From Moniliella sp. 'wahieum' (Eukaryota): a DNA stretch of 64,000 nt. Below are positions 49,901 to 62,341 of the stretch, piece after piece (position 1 is the first letter of the stretch; the number at the start of each line of letters is the position of its first letter). The notes beneath the pieces are model-generated. The model was not told the DNA's origin, did no database searches, and saw only the letters and a program-made list of their open reading frames with translations. The position numbers were made by a program, and so were the translations under genes. Location of the stretch: the NCBI GenBank assembly GCA_003971905.1, contig RSEE01000072.1:186001-250000 (forward strand). The letters run 5' to 3'.

Positions 49901-50939
49901 GCTAAGCGCTGGGCGTTGACCAGTGGGGCGCACTGCTCATCGATGTTGCTACTGGGTCGACGCAGCGAGCACGCCGGAGCCACGGAGGCGCCAGGCTCGG
50001 AGCAGACGCCCGGTCGGGGATGAGTGAGAGGGTGCTCTGGCGCGGATGAACGTACTGAACGTACAACGCGGGGTAACGATTGCTGATTCAGCATTCAGCC
50101 AGTGCCAAGTCGAGCTTTCAGGCCGGCGAGATCCACATGCAAAGTTGCAATTGCAGTTGTAGCAGGGAGCAGTCAAGTGGGTGAGAAGGGGGCACGACGA
50201 GGCGCGAGGGCAGAAGGGGGCAGGAGAAAAGGGGGTGGGGGCGGCGGGCTGGCATGGGTTGTGCGCCCCCCGGCTCAGCTTGCCCATCTTGGCCTGGGGC
50301 TGACGAGACACGGGACGATGGCGCTGGCGTGGCTGCGTCGGCCTGGCGGGGCGACGCTAGTCCTCCTTCCTAGTCAGCCATGCCGCCTGGATGCTGGATG
50401 CTGGCAGCGCACCCAGAGGGAACCGCCACGAGCCGCGCCATGGGTGAGTGTCAGCGGTGTGCCAGTGCCTGTGCCTGCCGCATGCGGGGCCACCAAGCAC
50501 GCCTGCCGCTGCGGGCTCCCCTCGGGCGCAGGCTGAGCGCTGAGCCTCAGCGCCCCCGCACACGCCCTGCGCCGCCGCCGCCCGCCTGCCGCGCCCCAGC
50601 ACCCCAGCGCCTGCACGGGGCCAGTGCGCGCCTGCACCACCCCCAACCCTAGCGCCCCGTTGTGGCTCCCGCCGGTGATATGCGTCACACCGCCGCTCCA
50701 CACGGCGCACATGGCAGGAGCCCGCACCGCCCGCACTGGCCCTGGCCTGCACCCGCCCGCACCCGCCCGCACCACCAGCCCACACTCGCCGCCGCCCCCA
50801 GGCACCTCGCCCGCCTCGCCTGCCCGCCCGCCACCACCACATCTCCCTCGCTAGCCCTCCTCCCTCGCCCTCGCCCTCGCCCTCGCCGCCGCCCCGCCCC
50901 CGCTTCCCGCCATCCGGAGCGCGCGCCCCCGGCCCCACC

Positions 50940-53900
50940 ATGGCTGCTCCTTCTTGCCCCCGCAAGCAGTCGGTCACCAACACCGCCCTCGACACCTCCC
51001 CCACCGCCCGCCCTCAGCCCCTCCCCTCCTACCCCCCACCCACTTTGCCTCCTCCCAGCCCCAGCCCCAATGCCCCGCCCCCCACCCAGCCCGCCGCCCC
51101 AGGCGCAGCCGTCCTCGGCTTCCGCACCCACCCGCTCTCTCGGGCTCCGCCACGCTCTCCTCCAGCTCCTTAACCGGCTCCCTCTCCCTCTCCAGCACCA
51201 GCACCCTGGCCAGCACCCGCTCCCACTCGTCTCCGGCAGCCTCGTCCCGCCCCTGCCCCCCACCCCGATGCCCTCGCCGCCGGCCACCACCGATGCCGAC
51301 GGCGGCATTGGCTCCAGTCTCATCAAGGATGCGTCGGGCCGTCCGCAGGGCCCAAGCGCCCCGCCCAGCGCCGTCTCCCTCTACCAGGTCTGCCTCACCA
51401 CGCGCGACCGTCTGTGCGGCTCGATGGCTTTGGCCCTGCCTTTCTTGGCGGCGACGTGCAGTCCAGCGAGATGGACGGCGTCGAGAGCGGGGTGGGCAAC
51501 GTGCGCGATCCCGTGTCCCAACTCTGGGGCGTCTTTCGCCTCGCCATCCCGCTCTGTCATCTTCAACCACATCCCGCCCGCCAAACCGATCAACTCCACG
51601 ACCTCAGTCCCGAGCAGGGCGATCCGTGGCCAGGAGGATACGTGATGCCGCGTAACCACACAACAGGCTAAGCGCTATGCTGCCCAGTTTGTCATTGGCC
51701 TCCAGGCCCAGTTGGGACTGACGGGCGAAGACAACTTTAGTGTGTCCCAACTCTATGTGGATGACACGAATGGCTTTGTCAAGGTATTGCATGTGATCAG
51801 CAAGCGCTCGATATGATTGAGGCCCGCGGTGGCTTGCTCCCAGAGGACCAGAGTCAAAACCCTCAGGGCAGTGAAGCCAACAGGCTGCTGCCGCCGACGA
51901 CGAAGCAAAGAGTGGTGGTGACGAGCGCTGGCAGTGGTCAAGAACTGCTTACTTCGGAGCGCAATTTGCGTGACCTGGAAACGCTGCAGGCATTGCCAAA
52001 CTGTTGTACCAAAAGTCCTCCTCTCTGCCGACACACTCCATCATCTGTTTGGCAACTTGGATCGGGTGGTTGACTTTCAGCGCCGCTTCCTCTTCGTCTT
52101 GAGGGAGAATGCCGTCGGCCCCTCGACGCACAAACTTTTGGCCATGTCTTTACTTCCTTTCAGTCGGACCTGCAGGTGTATGGACTGTGTGTGCCAATTA
52201 TCAGCATGCACTGAAATTATGACCCAAGAAGCGCCTACGATTCGAGTACGTCTCTCTCTCTCTCTTTCGTCTTTTTTTCTTTCTCTCTCCCTCCCTTTCT
52301 TGCCTTTTTCCTTCCCCGTCGCTGACTTTGCGCCTGCTTCGTGCTACCCAGATGATGCGCAACTTGCCTGGAGCAGATGGCTGCTTCCTCGAGCCCGGAT
52401 ACGAGCTGCAGGCGTATCTGATCAAACCCGTCCAACGCATCTGCAAGTACCCCTTGATTCTCGAACAACTCATCAAGCGCTCGCCCCCCTACGCCTCCAA
52501 TTTGGAAGAGCTCAAAGAGGGCTTGGCAAGTATCAAGACGGTTACCGACCGGGTCAATGAAGCCCAGCGGGTGATGGAGAATGTGAATCGTCAAGGAACC
52601 TCGAAACCAGTGTGGAGGACTGGAAAGGGCACAATGTGCACACGTTTGGGGACTGTACTACCACGACAAAGTTTATGGTGTTCAAGGGGATTCGGAGCGC
52701 GAGTATCGAGTGTACGTGTTGAGAAGATCATCTCTGCTGCAAGGAAATTTCCCCCATGGCCGCATCGGAAAGAAGAACAGCAAAGCGTCCAAGCAAGCCT
52801 TGCACGCCAGTACCGGCAGTTCCCCCGGCGGAGCAAAGCACGGGGTGCGGCAGCAAGAAGATGACGTATCAGCTGAAGGCGGATCTTTATCAACAATGTC
52901 ATCTCGTGTGTTCCTATGAACGGCAAGTCGAACGCGTTGATGGGACTCGGCTCTGGAACTTGCAAGTGGTCTGGCGTTCAGACTCGGAGAAACGAATCGT
53001 TGTCCTCCAGTGCGGAGCGGCGGGAACAACTGCGATCATTGTGTGCGTTGATCAATCGCCTGATGGAGATGTTGTAGCAGCACGGCGACACCAGTTCCAG
53101 ATGGCACATGCTGCATGCGTCGGGCAATGCCGGCCCGCCTCGCTCCGCCACACCGGGCGGGAGCATGGGGCGACGCGGGGGCTGGCTTCCACTCCGACCC
53201 CGCTCTTCCCCAGCACGCCCGTGCGGAGCATGGCGGGTACTTCCCCCTGGTGCACTCCACCTCCCGTCCGGACGAGGGTAACGAAGAGGTACATGCCGAC
53301 GCTGTCGAGGGTCTGCGGCACGAAGCCGTCTCGTCGCCCAACTTCTTTTCCGCTCCACACCCTTGGGCATTACGGTCGCATGACGCCGACCGACGTGGTC
53401 CCGCTCAACTTGCCTCCGACAGCGACGCCACCGCTGCGACCGCACCGGCAACGGTCCAACACGGCCGACGATCCCACTGGCTTTGCGCACGCGCTCTCGA
53501 GCCGCGGGCACGCTACGATGCCTGCGCGTCCGGCGGCAGCCAGCGCCTCCTGTGCCCCCTGTTTCGGCTTCACCACGACCGTGGTCGCATGGCGACCGCG
53601 TACCCGCCCCTCGGACGACCCGGCCTCGTTACCTTTCCCTCCGACCTTGGCTGCTCGCGCTGGCATGGTCGCGCCCGCCTGCCCATTTCCCCGCCCCGCC
53701 GCCCGAGGAAGGCCACCTCCGCTCCCGCAGTACCTCCAACCCGCAATTTTCCACCTGCCTGGGTCTATGCAAGCGTCCTACACGCGTGGCTCGGGTCCGG
53801 CCGCCACCGGGAACGGTAGGCCCCCATGCCCCATGCCACCATGCCCAGGCCTATGCCCAGGCCCAGGCTCAGGCCCAGCCACATACCCATACCCGCGCCC

Positions 53901-54568
53901 CGAGCCAACCGCATGCGGCGGCGGTGCGGGCGGTGCACGGTTCGGCCGCCTCGGTGGGGGCGGCGGCGGCACAGCCATGAGCCGTACCACCACCGCGCCT
54001 CCTACGCCCACCTTGGCTGGGGACTATCGTCGCCGCCGTTGTTGGGTTCGGCGGCGCGTCCGCGCCCCGTCAGCGGCTCGACGTTTGACTCGATCCGATC
54101 CTCGGGCCAGTCGGAGGAGGCTCAGGCAATGAGCTTGTCGTCGTCGATGGTCGATTGGAGTACGCCAACGGGGTGGACGGATGCCCGTTCCCCCCGCCTG
54201 CCTCGGCGTCGTCTACATCTGCATCTGTATCTGCGTCTGCGTCTGCGTCCATGTCGGCGTCGGCGTCGGCCTCGGCGTTCGCCGCGGGAGGGGGGTAACG
54301 TGATTCGGGTCGTGCTGCGGTACGGGATGGAGGAGGATACGTTGGTGCAGGTCGTGTTGGCCTCGATTGGTTTGGGGATTTGTACGCCAAGGTGGTGGAT
54401 AAGGTACGGTTGTGTATTGTCCGACGGCGGTGCCTGAGAGCGGGTTGCGGCCAGTATGTGGATGAAGATGGCGATCTGGTCGCCATGAACAACGATGAAG
54501 ATGTCTCGCTCGCCTTTGATGCCGCCCGCGGGAACCAGAATCAATTGGAGATTGTCTGTGGCGCATAA
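50940..54568 (+). CDS. CDC24: Cdc24/Scd1 Rho-family guanine nucleotide exchange factor (CH, DH, PH, PB1); heavily frameshifted
   Basis: DPVSQLWGVFRLAIPLC (CH-like). ELLTSERN..LETLQ, LFGNLDRVVDFQRRFL, ELQAYLIKPVQRICKYPLILEQLIK..VTDRVNEAQR (DH). YQLK/RIFINNV (PH). YVDEDGDLVAMNNDEDVSLAFD (PB1). Intron 52246-52351. Confidence 0.92.
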
Positions 54569-55754
54569 ACGCATGGCGTGCCGGTTGCCGCTCCAGCACC
54601 AGTGCCGCTCGCCTTGCCTCGCCTTGCCTCGCCTCGCCTTCGTTCATCTCCTCGTCTTCCCACCACCATTGCCATCGCCATCACCATCACCATCACCATC
54701 ACCATCACCATCGCCTCCTCCTCTCCTCCCTCACCACATCTCGTCCACCTTGCCAGTTTGACCCTTGTCCGAGCACTTGACTGACCCGCCCAGCTGGGGG
54801 CTAATCGACCACCTCTCACCCTTGCCCCCCCCCCGCCTCCTCCCTCCGACGCCCTCGTCATCGCGCCCTTCTTGTCCACGCTCCAGCTTTTCTTTTTTAC
54901 TGTATTCCACCCCCCACCCCCCCCACCCTGCCTTGCTGCCTCCCCTTCGTTTCCTCCTTGACGTCCCTCGCATCTTGCGCCTCGCCCTTGCGTCTCTCGG
55001 TCCTTTTGTTCCTCGGTTCTTGGTTCCCGGCCCCCGTGGCACCAGGCACGTTCCCTCGGCTCCTGGGCCTGAGGCTTGAAGCTTGAAGCTTGAAGCCTGA
55101 TTCTGCGCCCGGCATGCTCCCACGGACCCGCACCACACCCACCGCCACCGTTCCGTCGTACCCCGATCTGCCGAGCTGCCGATCTGCCGGACCCCCCCCA
55201 CTTTACTTTCCCCGTCCATGCGCCTTGACCCCAGATCGTCAGCCTGCCTCCTTCCCTCCTTCCTCCTTTCCTTTTCCTTTTTCTTTTCTTTTCATTTCCC
55301 TTCCTTCCTCCGTTTTGCCCAGCTCTCTCCCGCCCTCGCCCTCTCTCTCGCTACGCTCGCCTTACCTATTCTGCACGGTGGCGAATGACGCCCCCCCAAC
55401 CAACTATACAGCGGATGGGTCCCTCCCCCCCCCTCCCCCCCCCTCTCTCTCTCTGTCTTCTCTCTTTTGCTTTCCCCGGCTCTGTCCCCTCGCCCTCGCC
55501 TTTGCCCTGCCCTTGCCCTGCCCTTTCCTCTTTACTCTTTCCTCTTTCCTCTTTCCTCTTTCCTCTTTCCTCTTTACCCTTTACCCTTTACCCCCCTTGG
55601 CCCTGCCCCCCTGCGCCCCCGCCCGTTAGAGAGACGTGATGGGTCTGTTTGGTTTGGTGTGTGCACGAATGGATCGCTCCTCTCTCCTCTGCTCTCTTCG
55701 GCTTGGCTCCTCTCGTTCCTCGTGCAGGCAGAGCGAGACCCATGTGTAGCTGCT

Positions 55755-55825
55755 AGGTTACAGGTTACAGGTTACAGGTTACAGGTTACAGGTTACAGGT
55801 TACAGGTTACAGGTTACAGTTACAG
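55755..55825 (+). repeat. (AGGTTAC)9 perfect heptamer array plus one partial unit
   Basis: Nine exact copies at 55755-55817, then AGTTACAG. Confidence 0.95.
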
Positions 55826-57450
55826 CGCCGTGCGCCGTGCAGTGGAGAAGCTTGAAGCTTAAAGCTTGAAGCTTGATGCGTGGTGTGCTAGGGTGAGGCC
55901 TGAGGGGTTAGTACTTAGTGGGCTAGGCCAGGGTTCGTTGGCCCAGTGGCTCGGGGGCCGGTGGCTCTGCTCCGTGGTTGCGGCCGAGAGACTTGCCTAG
56001 CCCTGCTCTTTTTCTTTCTTGGCGCGGGGGTCGCACTGGGCCCCGTTGGTAGCTTTGCCCCCGTTGAACGTTGAACGTTGACCACGGATCGAAGCTCCGC
56101 GAGAGACTGCCAGGACCCACCGTCGCATGCATCTCTCCCTTGGGCCGGACCTAGTGACTACGGATGGAAAGTAGTAACTAGGAACTAGGAACTACAAGCA
56201 CCTTGCGCTATACGGTACGCGTTAGTATCCAGTAGCGCGACCCGCAGACCGAGGCAGTAACTAGTAAAGTGCAGCTCCCTCTTCCACACGCGTTTTCGGA
56301 GGCTTTGGTCACGCGCACGCTGTACGCCTGCCTCAGGCCTCAGGGTACGGTGGGGTTGGGCGTTGGGCGTACCAAGCGTACGAACCAGGACGCGAGGTAG
56401 GGTGTACGGTGTACGGCGTACGGGAGCCACAAAAACGACGATCGGAACGGAGCTTTCACTCGGGTGGTTCAGATCCACACTAACGGCGGCCGCTGGCTGT
56501 GCGGTGCGATTGTATGCTTCTCAGATCCAACCGAGTCGATGTGATGCGTGTGGCGAGGGATCGAGACGGCGCACGGGGGTTGTGCACCGAGCGAACACAG
56601 AGGCCGAGCACGCAGACACATCCAGTAGCCCACAGCCGTTCGAGCTCGGCGACTGGTACGAGCAGCAGGGGGGGGGGGCTCAAGTTTACTACAGGAATGG
56701 AAGGTAGATATGACTGGTGCACGTGCAATCGCCAGCGCAGTTTAGGTGCCACGCAGGCAATCACCTACATCACATCACATCGCATGTCACATGTCACAGG
56801 CATCGCCTACGATGCGAGGGCGGGGGCAGTGTAGCCTGTCTTCCCCGCACTGTGGTGTATCAGTGGCACGACAGGGCAGGCGGCAGCGTTACGCGTCAGT
56901 ACCCTTTCTTCGTTTGACTGCCCGGCAGGACCCCGCCGTTTCGTTGAACGCCAATCGAACGCTTAGCGCTTAAGTTAAGCTTAACGTTAACGTTAAACGC
57001 TTAACGCGGCTGCTCCGAGCAGCTGCTGCAGCAGAGTGCGGGGTGCGGTTGGCATTCCTTTGTTTCCATTGGCAGTGGCCAAGCGATAATTTTGGCCATT
57101 TGCAAAATCATGACCAACCGTACCACAACAGTGGGGCTGTGTGGTTCTCGGCTGTGTACTGCCTGTGCGTGTGCCTGCTTGGACTTACCCGTGCCTGTCA
57201 GTGCCTGCCTCGGCCATCGCGGTTGTGGGGTTGTGTGGATGTGGGGGGATGCGAGGGACGGATGTGCATGAGGAGATGGGTTTTCATCGAGGAGATGTGC
57301 CATGGTGAGATCAGTATCGCAATCGCTGTCTGTGCTGTATGGCCTGCGTCTACAGATGGTGCTCTGGGTGTTGTCCGTTGGAGTCGCCGCCACTGTCCTT
57401 TGGCCGTCGGCAGGAGAGGCGGGGTGGCTGGGCGGAGATGGGGGGTTGGG

Positions 57451-57473
57451 GTAGTAGTAGTAGTAGTAGTAGT
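57451..57473 (+). repeat. (GTA)n microsatellite
   Basis: About 7.5 perfect units. Confidence 0.9.
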
Positions 57474-58111
57474 GGCAAAACGAAAACACAAACGTGGTGG
57501 GGGTGCATGTCAGCGCGTCCTCTGTTTTGCGGTCTGCCGCTGTTGTCGAGATTCTCACGGCCCAAGCCGTAGCTGGACAGAGGCAGCGCATCCGAACGTT
57601 CAATTGCAAGCGTTACGCGCGTATTGTGCATGCCGCACGGGGGCAGTGGCAGCGGGGAGGGAGCGCACCGAGGGCTGAGGCGAGGCGGACGAGGGGATGC
57701 AGGGGGGGGATGCGCGGCGCTGCTGTGGGCGGGTGTCTGAGCCATCAGGGTGTGGCCGGCATGGCGGGCAGCCGAGAGGGCGCACTGGCCTGCGTGGGAT
57801 GGATGGGATATGTGTTGTTGTGTGTGGGGCGTGCGCTTGCACTCGCTGCGTGTGCTCGCTGCGTGTGTGGGCTGGCATAATGGCATGTGCGCGGTGCAGG
57901 CAGGTGTGCGCGGCCTCTGCGGTGCTGGACGGCCGCCTGCGCGCTTGAAAAGCTTGATGCAGACAGGCGCACAAGCAGCAAGCAGCAAGCACAAGCAACA
58001 AGCAACAAGCCACACGCCCTGCACGTCGAGTTGCGTCTGCACTACCACCACACCGCCCGATATAGAGCGTGCGGGCCAAGAGACGCGCTGGGCTCGGCTG
58101 TGCTTAAGCAG

Positions 58112-60559
58112 ATGGGCCGCTTCCGTCGTCCGGCGCGGGCAGGTGCGCAGCCACTCGCCTCGCACGCCGAGTGGGCTGCCATCCGCGCCGAATCGCCGCC
58201 ATCCACGGCACCCACCGCCCGCAGCACCGCATCCACCCGCGCCCCACGCCGCCCCTCGCCTCCTCCGGTCCAGTCCAACGGCCCGCGCCCCGACCCGCCC
58301 CCGCCCCCGCCCCCGCCCCTCCCGCCCCTCAGCCCGCCGCTCGCCGCCACCCCCCACGCCCACCCCCCCCTGCTCCCGCCCGCCCCCGCCCCCACACCCG
58401 CCCCAGCACACGCGCCAGAGCATCTCCAGCCTCTTTCTCCACCACCTCCCAGTCCTCCAGCCTCCTCTCGCGTCCGAAACCGGCTTCCTCAGCCTCGCCT
58501 CCCCTCGACTCGGCCGCCTCCACCGCCCCTCCTCCCGCTCGCCTCCTCGCCCCCCACCTCCAAGCGCACCAGCGCACCACCCCTTCCGCCCGCGCCAGGC
58601 CAACGCCACCTCATCGTACGCAGCGCCTCCCACGTCCAACGCTCCGTCGAAGCCGTTGCCGCCCACCACCGCTCTTCCTCTTCCTCCCTCTCTGCCTCCT
58701 CTGCCTGTGTGGCCTCGTCCTTGCATCGGTCCCGTGCCTCTCATGCCTCTCATGCCTCCCTCCGTGCCTCTCATGTTTCTCATGCCTCCCATGCCTCCCA
58801 TGCTCCCTCCTCACTCGCCCCGCCAGCCCGGACGACGACGCCCGTCCCTCCCTCCCGCAGCCAACCCCTCACCACCGACACCTGGGGGCCGTCGTGCTGG
58901 GGGCAAGCGGGCACAACCGCCGTTCCTGCCAAGCACTTCGCACGCTACTGCGCTCCTACACCACCTCGAGGTCCGGTTTGGATCAGCGTGCTGTACCACC
59001 CCATCGCCAACCGCCGTGTCAACGGGCCTACCTGCCCTCCCTTCCTTTATTCTTCCCAACGGCGACGACCCGTGGATGCGGTAGGCGACGTTGGTCCGGT
59101 CGCCCACGTGCCCGATCCTGTGCTGGTAGACTGGCCCGACTGGCCTGACGGACGGGATTGGTTTGCGGGACGAACACCGTGCTCCAGCTGACCGACGGAC
59201 GAGGAGGGGGCAGCCGCGTTCGATGCCCCGCCTTGCTGGCCGAAGAAGCAGAGAACGAATGGCGTAGAGGGTTCAGCGAACACGAGGAGCCAAAGGGGGA
59301 GGACAGAAGAAGACCAAGGCTCCGCCCGACCGTCACACGCTCAGTCTGACGGTCCCGCATGCCGAGACCGAACGAGCAAGAGCAAATGCAAGAGCAAGAG
59401 CAAGAGCAAGAGCAAGAGCAAGAGCAAGAGCAAGATCAAAATCAAGATCAAGATCAAGAAAAAGGAAGAAAACAGAAGCAGTGGACCCAAGTATGGCGTT
59501 GGCCCGTGCGCGCGCGTTAGCGACCAAATTGGCGCGTGCCCAGATGGAACGGATGCAAGTGTTGCACCAGCAGAACGAACCAAGCGCGTCGTTCATGCGA
59601 CCACCGCCACCGATCGTATTGGGACGCAAGTGGTCCAACGTTGATCACTTGCTAGCGGAAGAGGAGCAAGCGGGGGCGGAAGAGACTGTTGTGGCCCAGC
59701 TGGCGCCTCCAGTACCTTGCCCGCCGCTACTTGCACTTCCCCCTTCCTCTTCGCCAGGGAGGCTGGCAGCATGGGCTTGCGCCACAAAAAGCACTTCGAC
59801 CACGAAATGGTAGAGGAACAGCACGGTTCCAGTCCCTCGGGCCGAGTCGGTTCGCCAGACGCCCCATCCGGCGTAGACTACCAAGCCCCAGGGTGGGACG
59901 TGATCGCTTCCTCCCTCCACGTGGGCAGGGACCCGCGTTGGGCGCGAGATGCGTCCCCCTTAACGCCAGGGGAAGAAGAGGACAAAGCATATCCCCCCTT
60001 CCCGCCCGTACCGGTGTCGCGCGCCACCGCGCCCAGTTTCCTTTCCTCGTCCCCTTCCCCTCCGCCAAGGGAGGTACCACCCACCGTTGCGCCCCGAACC
60101 AAACCCAACCATCGCAAACGCAAGAGCGAAACGGTGGATGTGCCGGGAAGCTTGCGTTCGGGAACGCCGTCTTCGGGATCACCGTCTTCGGGAACAGAAA
60201 GCTGGAGCAGTGCGTGGGCGATGGGTGCACGTGTGGCCCAGCAGCAGGGGACGGTGCAGCCTGGGGTTGTCGATGGGAGACAAACAGGAAGCAACCCAAC
60301 CCGAAACGGCAGCGCAGTCAGAAACCGAGACGCTGCCAAGGGAGAGGAGGAGGACAAGGAAAAGGAAAAGGAAGAAGAGGAGCGACCCACTTCGATGGTG
60401 TCCACAACTACTTCGGTACGATGGAGTACGCCCCTCACTCTCTCGCATGCGAAGTTGGCGTGGTCCCCTCCCGGGTCGCGATCGGGGTCCGGGTCAGAGA
60501 AGGGGTCCCCGGGCACGCCATTAGCTCCGTGGTTGGAGCGGGACGAGGTAGAAGTGTAA
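58112..60559 (+). CDS. Pro/Ser-rich hypothetical protein; start uncertain
   Basis: Chain of plus-strand ORFs (57887, 57750, 59481, 59717) ending ..WLERDEVEV, followed by a pyrimidine-rich, 3'UTR-like tract. No family recognised. Confidence 0.5.
59374..59459 (+). repeat. (GAGCAA)n grading into (GATCAA)n hexamer repeat, within the putative CDS
   Basis: About 14 hexamer units; would encode Arg-Ala then Arg-Ser dipeptides in one frame. Confidence 0.9.
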
Positions 60560-61647
60560 CGCTTATATCTTTGTTCCTCTTCGGTCCTTTCCCCCCCCCT
60601 TTTCCCTTGGTGTCCTGCAAAGGGTCACATGCCCGCATCTTCTCCCCGACGGACCAATCCGAAAAAGCACCTTTCTTACCCTTGATTTTCATGTACTGAT
60701 GTTGCTGCACCCGTTGTGGGTCATCTTTCTCCCATGGATGAGAGGTTCATTGCTCTTGTTCCCTTGGTGTCCTTGTCTTTCTCCCCACACCTGTTCCTAC
60801 CCCTTCATCGATCTTCGTTCTTCTCCTTTCCTCCCATCTTCCATCTTACCTCCTGCCCCTTCCCCCCCCCACCCTTTTCCTCCTCGCTCTCCGCACCCCT
60901 CGCTTCTCTATAGCTTCCTCCCCCATCCCTTTTTGGTTCCTAGGTTATTGTACTTGCATATCGCCCCGGCATCTGTCCTCCGAGACTCGTTCTTGTAGTA
61001 CAAAGTAAACGAACGTGCCCTGCACGCCTCGGGGGAAATCTGAGATCTGAGATTGGTTCCCGTTCTAGATGGATAGTATAGGGCCCGCACCTTCCCCATG
61101 TGGTTCTCTCACATCTCATGTCTCATGCGCACCAATCTCCATGAGGGATCTCAGAACTCGGCGGTCATGACGCTTGAGGCACGATGCAAGGTGCCTGCCG
61201 GACCCATGTGCCTGACCCGACCCCATCCCCGTCCCTAGCTCCACTCCCCATGGCCCCCACACATGCATCCCCCACCTACGCACCAACGCCCCGCTCTACT
61301 CCACTCCATTCCACTGGAACCATGTTGTTGTTGTAGCGCCAGCATGTACACAAACTAGCGGCTGGCACAAGCGTGGAGCATGGGGTTCGATGCGCGTGGT
61401 AGCGCTGCTTGTGCGAGAGCGACGAGTCCGACGAGCGCATCCCGAGCCGCGCATCCCGAGCCCCGCGGTCGTCGCTCGTCGAGGTGTGGTGGGGACCAGA
61501 ACGTACACGGGTACACGGGTACATGGGTACGCGCGAGTGCCAGAGGCAACAGGAAGGCGGCTCTTGAGGATGTATGCCAGTAGGCTAGAATCCTGGCCCC
61601 GGCGCTGTGCAATTAATTCTACTAAGGCGAACGTGGACTGAGCAAGA

Positions 61648-61717
61648 TGGTCGATGGTCGGTGGTCGGTGGTCGGTGGTCGGTGGTCGGTGGTCGGTGGT
61701 CGATGGTCGGTGGTCAA
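61648..61717 (+). repeat. (TGGTCGG)n heptamer array, about 10 units
   Basis: TGGTCGG and TGGTCGA units in tandem between two convergent genes. Confidence 0.93.
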
Positions 61718-62341
61718 TGACAAGAGGCGAAGCAGGTACAAAGGTAGAGTGCAGTGCGCTCCTACAGGTGACACAAGAGAGGAGCGAACGGGATAGCAAA
61801 TGGAAGGTGCATAGGCATAGGCATAAGTACTTAGTATGCTACAGCGTACAGCACAGGCACAGAGGGTCCGTAGGGGGTAGGGGGGAGCGAGACCAAAATG
61901 GGCAAAGCAAGGCAAGGCAAGGCAAGGCCCACGCCGACATACGGGGATTCCATTTAGGTCGTGACCGTTCGGGCCTTGTCACCCACGCGCGGTAGAAAGG
62001 GGAATACGAAGGGGAGGAACGGCGCATAGCAGAGGTACAAACGTTGCATTGGAACAGAGAGGAATCGAGGACGCTCCAAAGGCCACAGGGCTCCATGGTA
62101 CACGGTCGGTCCAGTATCAAAGAGGTAAATGTCTAAGCGCAAGGGCCAGCATCGGCCATGGTGGTAAAGCCATCGGAATGGCGGAAAGAGGAACAGAAAA
62201 CGGGCCAAGAGACAAGGTGCAAAACAGGCCAAATCCCACCTTGTCGCTTCCACGTGGTGGCGGCAAGGAAATGGTACGCGGGGTGGGAGGAGGGGGGAGT
62301 GGGTCGGCTGCGAAGAAAGAAATAGAACGGGGTAGGATCTC

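Noticed and set aside
1..54568. Calling SCC2, MED10, CDC24 and others pseudogenes, or invoking programmed frameshifting
   Set aside because: Motifs are well preserved, several genes are normally essential, and I saw no shared slippery motif at the shift sites. Sequencing error is simpler.
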